Assembly: GCA_963766075.1 (NCBI GenBank)
Contig: CAVYAN010000075.1
Span: 23,268-87,267 of the forward strand
Reading direction: 5' to 3'
DNA from: an uncultured cyanobacterium
GTDB lineage: Bacteria > Cyanobacteriota > Cyanobacteriia > Leptolyngbyales > Leptolyngbyaceae
Length of the DNA: 64,000 nucleotides
A program made the position numbers and the translations under genes. The notes beneath the pieces are model-generated. The model saw only the letters and a list, made by a program, of their open reading frames with translations. It ran no database searches and had not been told where the DNA came from. Below are positions 30,439 through 39,711 of the stretch, piece by piece (position 1 is the first letter of the stretch; each line of letters starts with the position of its first letter).

Positions 30439-31263
30439 TTACCGAGAATCTGCTCTCGCCTCGCGCAGTCTGGCGTCGATCTCCTGACGATTTTCTGCCA
30501 AGGGTGCCGCCAATCGAGACACCGTCTCCACGAGCCAGGGCATCAGGCGATTCCCCCACACGGCGAGGTGACTTTGCCATCCCACGAGCACCTCAGGTGA
30601 GTCCTTTTCAAGTCCCGCGACTAGGGTTTGGGCCACTTTTTGCGGTGTGGTGGGCATCACCCAGCGAAACCACTGAAAATTCTGCACCATATCCGTATCC
30701 GTTAGGGAAGGCAGCAGGGCCATGACTCGGATATTATGGGCCGCCAGTTCCCCCCGTAGGGCTTGGGTGAATCCCAAAATGGCAAACTTGGTCGCCGAAT
30801 AGGTGGCCATAGTCGGAGCGGCGATTTTGCCCATAAGGCTCGACACGTTCACAATGGTGCCTTGGCGTTGGACGGCCATGCGGCGGGCAATCAGCCGGGT
30901 GATGGTGTACATGCCCATGAGATTCAGGGCAAGCTCTTCCTGGACATGGGGCAGTTGGGATTGTAAGAAGGGTGCTTGGTAGGCAACCCCAGCGCAGTTA
31001 ACGAGCAGATGCACTGGGCCGTAGTCACGCCAAGCTTGGGCCACCGCAATATTAACCTCGACGACCTGCGTTAGATTTAAAGCCAGCGGAATTGCTTCCA
31101 CGCCCAGGGCGTTAATTTCTGCGGCCACCTCGATTAAGCGCTGCTGGGTGCGGGCGACTAGGATGAGTCGCTGTGCCCCTTGACGGGCAAATTCCAAGGC
31201 GATCGCTCGTCCAATGCCACGAGAAGCACCCGTGATCAAAACGGTTTTTCCTTGAATATTCAT
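30439..31263 (-). CDS. SDR family NAD(P)-dependent oxidoreductase
   Basis: TGASRGIG, LVNCAG, NVSS, YSATK; GGAGG upstream of the ATG at 31263. Confidence 0.93.
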   Translation of the reverse strand: MNIQGKTVLITGASRGIGRAIALEFARQGAQRLILVARTQQRLIEVAAEINALGVEAIPLALNLTQVVEVNIAVAQAWRDYGPVHLLVNCAGVAYQAPFLQSQLPHVQEELALNLMGMYTITRLIARRMAVQRQGTIVNVSSLMGKIAAPTMATYSATKFAILGFTQALRGELAAHNIRVMALLPSLTDTDMVQNFQWFRWVMPTTPQKVAQTLVAGLEKDSPEVLVGWQSHLAVWGNRLMPWLVETVSRLAAPLAENRQEIDARLREARADSR

Positions 31264-31923
31264 GCGAAAGCCTCCAAATATTGAGGTTCTAGGGTGTTTA
31301 CAGCCTTTGCTGAACGGCCCGCGGGCAAATAAAAGCGGGCGCAAAGAACTGCCTTAAGTCACTGTAAAAAGTGACTCAGAAAAGGCACTGCAAGACGTTT
31401 TTGAGTGAAGCTCTCAATGGAGCCAAGGGCTTTTCAGGGAATGCCTGCTGCGATCGCCATGTCTAGATGAGTGCCGGATAGGCTAGCCAAGTAAGGCAGA
31501 AAGCAAAAGGCAGAAGGCAGAAAACAGCAGCATCCCGAAAGCAAATGAGAATCGCTACAAGCATCTACACAATGTAGCGGTTCAATCCCATGGATAACTC
31601 TGGGATTCAGGGGCTGGGGTTAGCGTCGAAAGCACGATAAAGCATAAGACACAACTCCTAGATTTGAACATTAACCCGTAATCACTTGACCCGCACACCC
31701 TAGCAAAGGGATCAAGCTGTTGCAACACTTATTAATGGAAAGCCAAAATTGTGATATTACGATACAAATTTTTCAGAAATGTCCCACCTTGTGTCTGCAC
31801 ATTCAAACTAACTAGCAGACGAACTAGTCCTGTACTGTCACTCGATCCCCGTCCGTTCCATCGCGATAACGACACCCCGCCACTAAATGAGGAAACGATT
31901 CGTGCAACCCGTTATCTGAGTGC

Positions 31924-31939
31924 CGTGATACGTGTCACA
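31924..31939. promoter_or_regulatory. CRP/FNR-family-like site
   Basis: CGTGA-TACGTG-TCACA, 9/10 match to TGTGA-N6-TCACA. Confidence 0.45.
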
Positions 31940-32145
31940 TCTGGAGCCAACCTAGGGCAGACATCGCCCCTACCGCAGGATTTACATGTTGGAATGATTA
32001 TTTATTTGCAAGTCTCTTAGGGAATGTTGTCTCTGGCCAGACAACCTCGTATCACCCCCACAAGTTCCTCACAGGCTTGATCTTAAACTTGCAATAGATA
32101 GCAATTAGCAATCATCGAAGACTTTAATAAGGTTAAGGAAAAGTT

Positions 32146-32964
32146 ATGGTTTCTCATACTTTATCGCCTCCCCAGACTACTGCCGACAAAGCCGAAATCA
32201 TTATGCACGCTCAGGTAGATGCCCTTTACTACGGCAAATTTCTAGCTCTGCGTGATGTTAACCTCCCCATTTACAAAAACACCATTACGGCTTTTATCGG
32301 TCCTTCCGGCTGCGGTAAAAGTACACTGCTACGGTGTTTTAATCGTCTGAATGATCTGATCGTCGGGACTCGTCTGCAAGGGCAAGTGTTTTTTCACAAT
32401 AGCGATGTCTACCATCCCAAAATTGACCCGATCGCCCTGCGGGCTTGTGTGGGCATGGTCTTCCAACATGCCAATCCTTTTCCCAAATCGATCTATGACA
32501 ATGTTGCCTTTGGGCCTCGGATTCAAGTCTTTCAGGAAATCTTGGATGAACAAGTGGAACAGGCGTTACGTCGCGCCTACCTGTGGGATGAAGTCAAAGA
32601 TAGACTCCATGAAAGCGCACTAGACCTTTCTGGTGGGCAGCAACAGCGGCTGTGTATTGCCAGAGCACTGGCGGCAAAGCCTGAAGTGATTTTGATGGAT
32701 GAGCCTTGCTCTGCTTTGGATCCACAGGCCACCTGGCAGATTGAAGAGTTACTACGGGATCTGAAGCCGCAGCACACGATCGTGATTGTCACCCACAACC
32801 TGCAACAGGCAGCACGGGTATCAGACAGAACCGCCTTTTTCAATCTGGAAATGCAAGAGGGAAGCCGTACCGGGGAATTGGTCGAATACAACCATACGGA
32901 TATAATTTTCAATCATCCCGAACAAGAGGTGACTCAGCACTATATCCAAGGTCGCTTTGGCTAA
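32146..32964 (+). CDS. pstB: Phosphate ABC transporter ATP-binding protein
   Basis: [58 protein letters not shown]. Confidence 0.93.
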   Translation: MVSHTLSPPQTTADKAEIIMHAQVDALYYGKFLALRDVNLPIYKNTITAFIGPSGCGKSTLLRCFNRLNDLIVGTRLQGQVFFHNSDVYHPKIDPIALRACVGMVFQHANPFPKSIYDNVAFGPRIQVFQEILDEQVEQALRRAYLWDEVKDRLHESALDLSGGQQQRLCIARALAAKPEVILMDEPCSALDPQATWQIEELLRDLKPQHTIVIVTHNLQQAARVSDRTAFFNLEMQEGSRTGELVEYNHTDIIFNHPEQEVTQHYIQGRFG

Positions 32965-33013
32965 TGAGATTGGGTTGATGAGATTGGGTTGATGAGATTG
33001 GGTTGATGAGATT
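32964..33013. repeat. 14-bp tandem repeat ATGAGATTGGGTTG, about 3.5 copies
   Basis: Read directly after the pstB stop. Confidence 0.9.
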
Positions 33014-33090
33014 AGTTGCATGAAATAGATACGTTCAACGTTCAAAACCATTAGAGATCGCGTTGCGATGATCACAACCGATGGAGTTAT

Positions 33091-34107
33091 ATGAAGCCTC
33101 AATCATCAGATTTATCAATCACGCTGGGTGAATACGGGCATCACATTATTCAGCATAATTTTCAAAAATTCGTCGATCACGAGGGTGATGTCTTTAAAGA
33201 TAAAGATCCAGAACCGTTGCACCAAATGCGGGTGGGTATGCGCCGGTTGAGAACGGCTATTCAAGTTTTTGGTCCGGCGATCGCGTTACCCAAACCCTTC
33301 AGCCATACCGCCATCGGCAAAATCGCTAAACGTTTAGGCGCAACTCGCGATCTAGATGTCCTGCAACAGGCCCTCATCACCCGCTATCAGCCGCTATTGC
33401 CCAAGGCCGAACAGTCAAAGTTTCGGGACGTGCTCAAGCATGTGCGCCAGCAGCGCGCCCACAGCTTTTTGGATTTGCAGAAAACATTGCAGGGCGATCG
33501 CTACCATCGCCTCAAGCACGCCATCCAAACGTGGGTAGACCAGCCTGCCTATACCCGGATGGCCGATTTACCCATTCAACAAGTTTTGCCCGATTTGCTG
33601 CTGCCGTTACTCTGCCACGTGTTTCTCCATCCCGGTTGGCTAGTGGGCACGACTCTACAGGCTGGGGAGGTGACGCTAATGCCGATTGAAAATGGGGAGG
33701 ATCTGCATCAACAAGGGGTGCTATACGGTGATGCGCTGCATGACCTGCGGAAGCACATGAAAGGCGTGCGCTACCAAGCCGAGTTTTTTTCAGCGTTTTA
33801 TGCCGCTGCCTACCCGCAAAGAATCGAAGAATTTAAGGCAATCCAGGACATTCTGGGACAGTTTCACGATCAGATCGTTCTGCAGCAGTTTCTAGAATCG
33901 ACATTGCATGCGGAACTGGCCAAGGTGCTGCCCACAGTCAACCAAGTGATGCAGCAGGATCAAGCCAATTTTTGGCAAAGCTGGCAGCCGCTACAGCAGC
34001 GTTACCTTTCGGCAGACTTTCGGCAGTCCGTGCGATCGCTACTGGCAACGCCGCTGGCCCTTACACCCCCTCGGGACGGGGAACCCAGTAGTAGGGACAA
34101 CGCGTAG
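33091..34107 (+). CDS. CHAD domain protein (polyphosphate-binding family)
   Basis: LHQMRVGMRRLR, LGATRDLDV, LHDLRKHMKGVRYQAEFF, IQDILGQFHD. Confidence 0.92.
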   Translation: MKPQSSDLSITLGEYGHHIIQHNFQKFVDHEGDVFKDKDPEPLHQMRVGMRRLRTAIQVFGPAIALPKPFSHTAIGKIAKRLGATRDLDVLQQALITRYQPLLPKAEQSKFRDVLKHVRQQRAHSFLDLQKTLQGDRYHRLKHAIQTWVDQPAYTRMADLPIQQVLPDLLLPLLCHVFLHPGWLVGTTLQAGEVTLMPIENGEDLHQQGVLYGDALHDLRKHMKGVRYQAEFFSAFYAAAYPQRIEEFKAIQDILGQFHDQIVLQQFLESTLHAELAKVLPTVNQVMQQDQANFWQSWQPLQQRYLSADFRQSVRSLLATPLALTPPRDGEPSSRDNA

Positions 34108-34204
34108 CAAGGCTGAATTCAAAATTCAAAATTCTTTCTGCCCGCTGCCTTTTTACGTCTACCGTGATGCCTCAGCCCAACTTAGAGCCTAACTTTGGAA
34201 ATCT

Positions 34205-35788
34205 ATGATTAGCCCAACTTCAGAGATTAGCTCAACTTCAGAACGTGGTGCGGAACCAGTGAATCTATCGAGTCCACAGGGCTTGCTATCAACGTTGCAA
34301 GCCCTGCGCCAGACGGTTGACAGTGAAGGAGCCGCCAAGTTGAGCCAATGGCGATCGCACATTCAGCGCCCTGAATTCCTTGCCAGTGCCCTGAATCTCG
34401 CGCAATATCTCGCCCTGCGGCGGCATGACCTCCGTGACCTCCAAGCCGCACTCATGCCCTGGGGCCTATCCTCCCTAGGCCGCATTGAAGCCCGCGTCAT
34501 GCCCAATCTCGATGCTGTGATTGCCACTCTGGCAGTCATTTGTGGTCAAGCCGCCGCCGAGCTGATCAACCGCCCCCCGATCGCATCTTTTTTGGAGGGC
34601 GATCGGCTACTACGGCAGCACACCGAAGAATTATTTGGCCCAGCCTCTCCCCATCGCCGAGTCAGAATTATGGTCACCTTACCCCCCGAAGCGGCCACTG
34701 ACTATGCCTTAGTGCGAGAAATGATCCGCCGAGGGGCCACCTGCATACGCATTAACTGTGCCCACGATACTCCAGAGATCTGGCAGCAGATGATTGATCA
34801 GATTCGTCGCGCAGAACAGGAGACAGGCACCGCGTGTCACATCATGATGGACCTCGCGGGTCCCAAAATCCGCACGGGATCGGTGCTGGCACCCCCCGAT
34901 ACAAAACGGGTCTTTCGTGGGGATCAGATCGTGTTGTCGCGGTGTGCGACTGAACCCGGCAGTGATGAGGCTGATGATGCAGCGATCCCATCTCCGGTAG
35001 ACCAGTTCAAAACAAGCTGTACAGTGCCCGAAATTCTCGACTTATTAGTTGTAGACGCACCTGTCTATATTGACGATGGCAAGATTCGGACGCGCGTGGT
35101 TAACACCCAATACCCAATTCCTGATGAACAACCCGGACTGTTGCTACAAGTGACCCATGCCAGTCCCAAAGGGGTGAAACTGCGCCCTGAAAAAGGGTTA
35201 AATTTTCCGAACACGATTTTGCCGCTCAGCCCGCTCACCGCGAAGGATCTCTGTGATCTGGATTTTGTCGCCGCGCATGCCGATATTGTGGGCTACTCAT
35301 TTGTACAGCGCCCTGCCGATATGACGTTACTGCAACAAGAATTGGATCAGCGCGCTGGCAAGCGATCGTCCCGCCCCGCGATCGTCGCCAAGATTGAAAC
35401 GGCGATCGCGGTTAGCAACCTACCCGAATTAATCATTTATGCAGCGGGTCAACAGCCCTTTGGGGTCATGATTGCTAGGGGCGACTTAGCCGTGGAAATT
35501 GGCTACCAGCGGTTGACCGAGATTCAGGAAGAAATTCTTTGGATTTGTGAAGCGGCCCATGTGCCCGTGATCTGGGCGACGCAGGTTCTAGAAAGCCTAG
35601 TCAAAAATGGTGCTCCCTCGCGGGGAGAAATGACAGATGCCGCTATGGCTGAACGCGCTGAGTGCGTCATGCTAAACAAAGGACCGTTTATTGCCGAAGC
35701 CATTACCATTCTGGATGATGTTCTGACTCGCATGGAAGCCCACCAGTCGAAAAAAACACCCCAGTTGCGGGCCTTGCATTCCTGGTAG
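34205..35788 (+). CDS. Pyruvate kinase-family protein, atypical (N-terminal extension, no C-terminal regulatory domain)
   Basis: RINCAH, MDLAGPKIRTG, IDDG, VAKIET, MIARGDLAVE, WATQVLES, ECVMLNKG. Confidence 0.88.
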   Translation: MISPTSEISSTSERGAEPVNLSSPQGLLSTLQALRQTVDSEGAAKLSQWRSHIQRPEFLASALNLAQYLALRRHDLRDLQAALMPWGLSSLGRIEARVMPNLDAVIATLAVICGQAAAELINRPPIASFLEGDRLLRQHTEELFGPASPHRRVRIMVTLPPEAATDYALVREMIRRGATCIRINCAHDTPEIWQQMIDQIRRAEQETGTACHIMMDLAGPKIRTGSVLAPPDTKRVFRGDQIVLSRCATEPGSDEADDAAIPSPVDQFKTSCTVPEILDLLVVDAPVYIDDGKIRTRVVNTQYPIPDEQPGLLLQVTHASPKGVKLRPEKGLNFPNTILPLSPLTAKDLCDLDFVAAHADIVGYSFVQRPADMTLLQQELDQRAGKRSSRPAIVAKIETAIAVSNLPELIIYAAGQQPFGVMIARGDLAVEIGYQRLTEIQEEILWICEAAHVPVIWATQVLESLVKNGAPSRGEMTDAAMAERAECVMLNKGPFIAEAITILDDVLTRMEAHQSKKTPQLRALHSW

Positions 35789-35946
35789 GCTTATCCACAA
35801 ACAGACAGATGTCGCCAGACGATGGTCTCTAATTTCGCCTCGATGGGCCGAGGCGAAACTTGCGGGCGATCGCGATTCATCCCAGCGTCTAACCAACGGT
35901 TAACGATGCCAAACCATCTCCTGGCCCTTAAACCACCCCAAAATCT

Positions 35947-38048
35947 ATGTCAATCGCTGCATTACTCGACGAATTACGGGACATCAACCTGATCGTCCGC
36001 CCCGATTGGTCCAATCCCGCCGCTGTCCTGGCAGACCTGTCCCCCCTCCTAACCCGCCTGTTTCACCATCCCGCCGTTCAAGACATCACCCTCCTGATCG
36101 ACACCCAAACCCTATCCGAAGATCTGCAAGACAGTGCTAACCTCCTCCTCCTGGAAGTTCTTTTAAATATCAGCCTCGAAACTTCTGTTTCCGAAGACCT
36201 GAATGTTGGGCTGACTGGCCCCCTAACCCCAGCAGACTGGCATACCTTACAACCCTGGCTCAATTTCCACATAGCCCTGCCGCAGGCGGATCAAGGTGGC
36301 CAATACCAGCCGCCCATCCCCGGGGTGGATGGGGCCACGCTTTTTGATCCTGCCGTCTATCACGCCGCCCAACTCGACTCGTGGCACCGATGGGGCAATC
36401 ACTTTGTGGCCTGCCATCTGCCCCAAACCGCCATCCCCTACTACAGCCAATACCTATCCCACTGCCCCACCGCTGCCGATATCCACCTCAAACTCAGTGA
36501 GGCGTTGTGGCAAACCGATCAACGCGCCCAGGCGATCCAAGCCTTAGAAGCGGGGATGCACCACTGTCCCGACGCGCCCGAACTCCACTTCTGGTTGATT
36601 ATTCGCCTCAAACAAAACCAGGACTACCCAGCGGCCCACCGCCATGCTCAAACCGCCGCCGCCTTGTTTCCCGCAGACTACACCTTCAAAATGCTCCAGG
36701 CATTGATGTTGCCCGAAGCCTACGACACCCCCGCAGAAATTATTGCCCATCGCACGGCCTTTCAAACCAACCTCACCCGCCTGATTCAGGACATTGCCCT
36801 TGACACCCCCGCTGAGCAAAAAAAGGCCCTGAGGGCGATCGCCCACCACACCAACTTCTTTTTGTCATACCAGGGCTATAACGATGTCGCTTTGCAGCAG
36901 CAATACGGCCAATTTCTCCACCGCGTCATGGCCGCCAACTATCCCCAATGGGTGCAACCACGCCCCCGCCAACCACGCCCTGCCAAAATCAGAATCGGCT
37001 ATCTGTCCGCCTTTCTCTGTGGCTGGAGTGGCACGGTGCTGTTTCTCAACTGGCTGAAATACGCCGACACCGATCGCTTTGAAATTTACACCTATCACAT
37101 CGGAGCCCAGGTCGATGGCGTGACGGAGCTGGTCAAGACGTACAGCACCCGGTTCTACCATATCCAACATAATCTCGAACAGGTGTGCCAGCAGGTGGTG
37201 GACGATCGCCTGCAAGTGCTCATTTTTCCCGAATTGGGCATGGATGCGACCACCCTCTGCATTGCGGGGTTACGCCTTGCGCCGATTCAGTGCATGGCCT
37301 GGGGGCAGCCCGTCACCTCGGGATTGCCCACCCTAGACTATTTTCTCTCCAGTGAGTTGATGGAGCCTGCCCAGGGACAAGACCACTATACTGAGGCTCT
37401 GGTGCGGCTACCCGGTGTCGGAATTTCCTACCCCGCGATTTCCGTGCCTCCGGTCCAGCGCGATCGCGCCGCCTTTGGCCTCCGCGAAGACTCCATTGTC
37501 TACCTTTCCAGCCAAGCACCCTACAAATATTTGCCCCAGCACGATGCCATCTATGCCCAAATTGCCTGTCAAGTGCCCAATGCCCAGTTTATGTTTCTCC
37601 GGGCGGGGATCCCCCAACTCGGCTCGATCGCGCTTTTGCTGCCGTGGGGCTAGACAGTCAAGCCTACTGTGTGTTTTCTCCGGTGTTAGCCCGCAGCGAT
37701 TACTTCGACCTGCTCTCGTTGGTGGACGTTTACCTGGATACGCCCGATTGGTCTGGCGGGAATACCACCCTGGATGCGATCGCCTGTCATCTGCCCATTG
37801 TCACCTGTCCGGGGGCGTTGATGCGGGGTCGTCACTCCTACGGTTTTCTAATGGCGATCGGGGTAACCGAAACCATCGCAGACGATCTGACTCAGTACGT
37901 CAGCATCGCCGCGCGGCTGGCGACCGACGGCCCGTGGAGACAGGCGATTCGGGCGGCCCTGCGGCACTCTGCGCACCAACTCTTTGAAAACCCACTCCCC
38001 ACGCAACAGCTCGAAGCCTTTTTGCTCCAGGCGATCGCCACGTTGTAG
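35947..38048 (+). CDS. TPR-containing O-GlcNAc transferase/SPINDLY-like (GT41) protein, frameshift at the C5 run 37611-37615
   Basis: TPR-like helices, KIRIGYLS, RLAPIQCMAWGQPVTSGLPTLDYFLS, QAPYKYLP. The second ORF (37644..38048) supplies DVYLDTPDWSGGNTTLDAI..LPIVT..MRGR. Confidence 0.87.
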
Positions 38049-38112
38049 CGCTTCTTTAGTCTGCGGCTTAGACCATTGCCAAGAAATATTATACCTTCGC
38101 CCTAAAAAAACT

Positions 38113-38138
38113 GCTCCCTGAGCGGAGTCGAAGGGAGC
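38113..38138. repeat. REP-like palindromic element, second copy
   Basis: GCTCCCTGAGCGGAGTCGAAGGGAGC between convergent genes; core shared with 15876-15898. Confidence 0.75.
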
Positions 38139-38186
38139 CATCTGGAGCGGTAGAGTCTTTCATGAAAATCGTCCTGAGGTTGCTTC

Positions 38187-38672
38187 CTAGTAGATCGCCA
38201 GATCGATCGCCAGGTCGATTTCCAAATCATCGCTCATTGTCAGCTCGGCCTGTCTGCCGTTAGCGGCATCGTAGAGCAGTTGAATTTTGAGATAGCGCGG
38301 TGGTAGGTAGGACAGGCGATCGGCCCATTCAATCGCCACAATTCCCAGCTCGACTTCCTCACCCTCCCAATAGGTTTCGGGAGAAAGGCTGGCCGCCTCT
38401 GCCTGTCCTAAACGATACAAATCAAAGTGATAGAGGGGAAGCCGTCCGCCTAGATACTCGTTAATTAGGGTAAACGTCGGACTGTCAATCGCTTCTGCCA
38501 AACCCAATCCCGCCCCAATCCCCTGCACCAGGGTTGTTTTGCCTGCCCCCAGATCCCCTTCGAGCAGCAACACGCTGCCCGCTGGCAAGGATTGGCCCAG
38601 TTTGACACCAAGCTGACGGGTCGCCGTGGCGGTGGCCAAGGCCATGAGGAGAGGAGAGGAAGAGGGGACCAT
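38187..38672 (-). CDS. tsaE: tRNA threonylcarbamoyladenosine biosynthesis ATPase TsaE
   Basis: LEGDLGAGKTT, SPTFTL, HFDLYRL, AIEWA. Confidence 0.96.
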   Translation of the reverse strand: MVPSSSPLLMALATATATRQLGVKLGQSLPAGSVLLLEGDLGAGKTTLVQGIGAGLGLAEAIDSPTFTLINEYLGGRLPLYHFDLYRLGQAEAASLSPETYWEGEEVELGIVAIEWADRLSYLPPRYLKIQLLYDAANGRQAELTMSDDLEIDLAIDLAIY

Positions 38673-38691
38673 GGAGGAGGGAGGAGGAAAT

Positions 38692-39609
38692 TTACGACAA
38701 CGTTGAGGCCCGTAGTGCCTGAATTTCTTCTATCGGCAGTCCGGTAATTTGACTAATGGTGGCATCGTTCAACAGGGGCAGCGATCGCTGTGCCACCGCC
38801 ACTTGCTGCTCCCGTACGCCTTGCTGGATACCTTGCTGGATGCCTTGCTGGATACCTTGCTGAACCCCTTTCTGGAGCGCCTGTTTTTCGGCCCGGATGA
38901 GGGCATTCCGCTGATCATGAATGAACATGGCTTGATGCTCCAGTTCTTCCAGCTCTTCCCGGGTGAGGGTGGCCTGGTTGGCAAGGGCAAAGGCTTGCTG
39001 AATTGCGGGCACATGCTCCATCTGTTCGGGCACCACGGCCAGATCCGGAGCGTGTTTGAGGAAATAGAGCCACTTTTCTGTCAAGGTTGTGAGGTGATCT
39101 AAGGAACATTGAAATTTGGGAAGTTCTACAAATACCAGCTCCAGGTCATACACGGGATAGTCAATCAAAAAATCTTTCTCTTTCAGGACAAAGCGCGACA
39201 TTACAGTATTGAGTTCTGGAAACATTTCAAAATCAGTAATGGTCAAGGCAATAACGGGATTTAGTAACCAATAGTCCTGTCCCACCCCTAGCTGAATCGA
39301 GTAGGCTTTGGCCGCATTATAGAGAATCCGCTTTTCAAAGCCCTCTAGGTTCAGCACCTGCATCTCAATAATCACAGTTTCACCACTGCTGAGCACTGCT
39401 TTGACATCGAGATAGGTGTCTTTGACGCCCCGAATTTTGGGGGCTTGATAAGGATTGAGAATGGTGAGATCGCGAATGATCGGTTCGCCCTGGTACAACA
39501 AGCCATTCAGAAAGCTGATCAGAATCTCGTGGCTCTGTTCCGAGCCAAAGATTTTCTTGAAGGCGAAGTCGGTTTTGGGGTTGATGAAGATCATGGGGGC
39601 GATCGCCAA
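38692..39609 (-). CDS. Rpn family recombination-promoting nuclease / PD-(D/E)XK putative transposase
   Basis: FINPKTDFAFKKIFG, LDVKA..IIEMQ, FVELPKF, WLYFLK, QQGI repeats, ISQITGL. Confidence 0.9.
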   Translation of the reverse strand: MAIAPMIFINPKTDFAFKKIFGSEQSHEILISFLNGLLYQGEPIIRDLTILNPYQAPKIRGVKDTYLDVKAVLSSGETVIIEMQVLNLEGFEKRILYNAAKAYSIQLGVGQDYWLLNPVIALTITDFEMFPELNTVMSRFVLKEKDFLIDYPVYDLELVFVELPKFQCSLDHLTTLTEKWLYFLKHAPDLAVVPEQMEHVPAIQQAFALANQATLTREELEELEHQAMFIHDQRNALIRAEKQALQKGVQQGIQQGIQQGIQQGVREQQVAVAQRSLPLLNDATISQITGLPIEEIQALRASTLS

Positions 39610-39711
39610 GACGGTTACTTTATTTTAGCCTTTCCCAAGGTTTAGTGTTTCCCGAGGAGGCGCTGAGTCTGGCTCACCCGCAGCCTGCGACGGTCTTTCT
39701 AGTAGCTGTCC

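Noticed and set aside
31751..31766. NtcA site
   Set aside because: GTG-N9-TAC spacing does not fit GTA-N8-TAC.
31751..32020. 89-aa intergenic ORF
   Set aside because: No ribosome site or recognisable motif; composition is not protein-like.
32080..32140. Pho box upstream of pstB
   Set aside because: Only isolated CTTAA-like half-sites are present, with no convincing 11-bp-periodic tandem array.
38692..39609. Rpn gene as an IS element
   Set aside because: No terminal inverted repeats or target-site duplications are visible.
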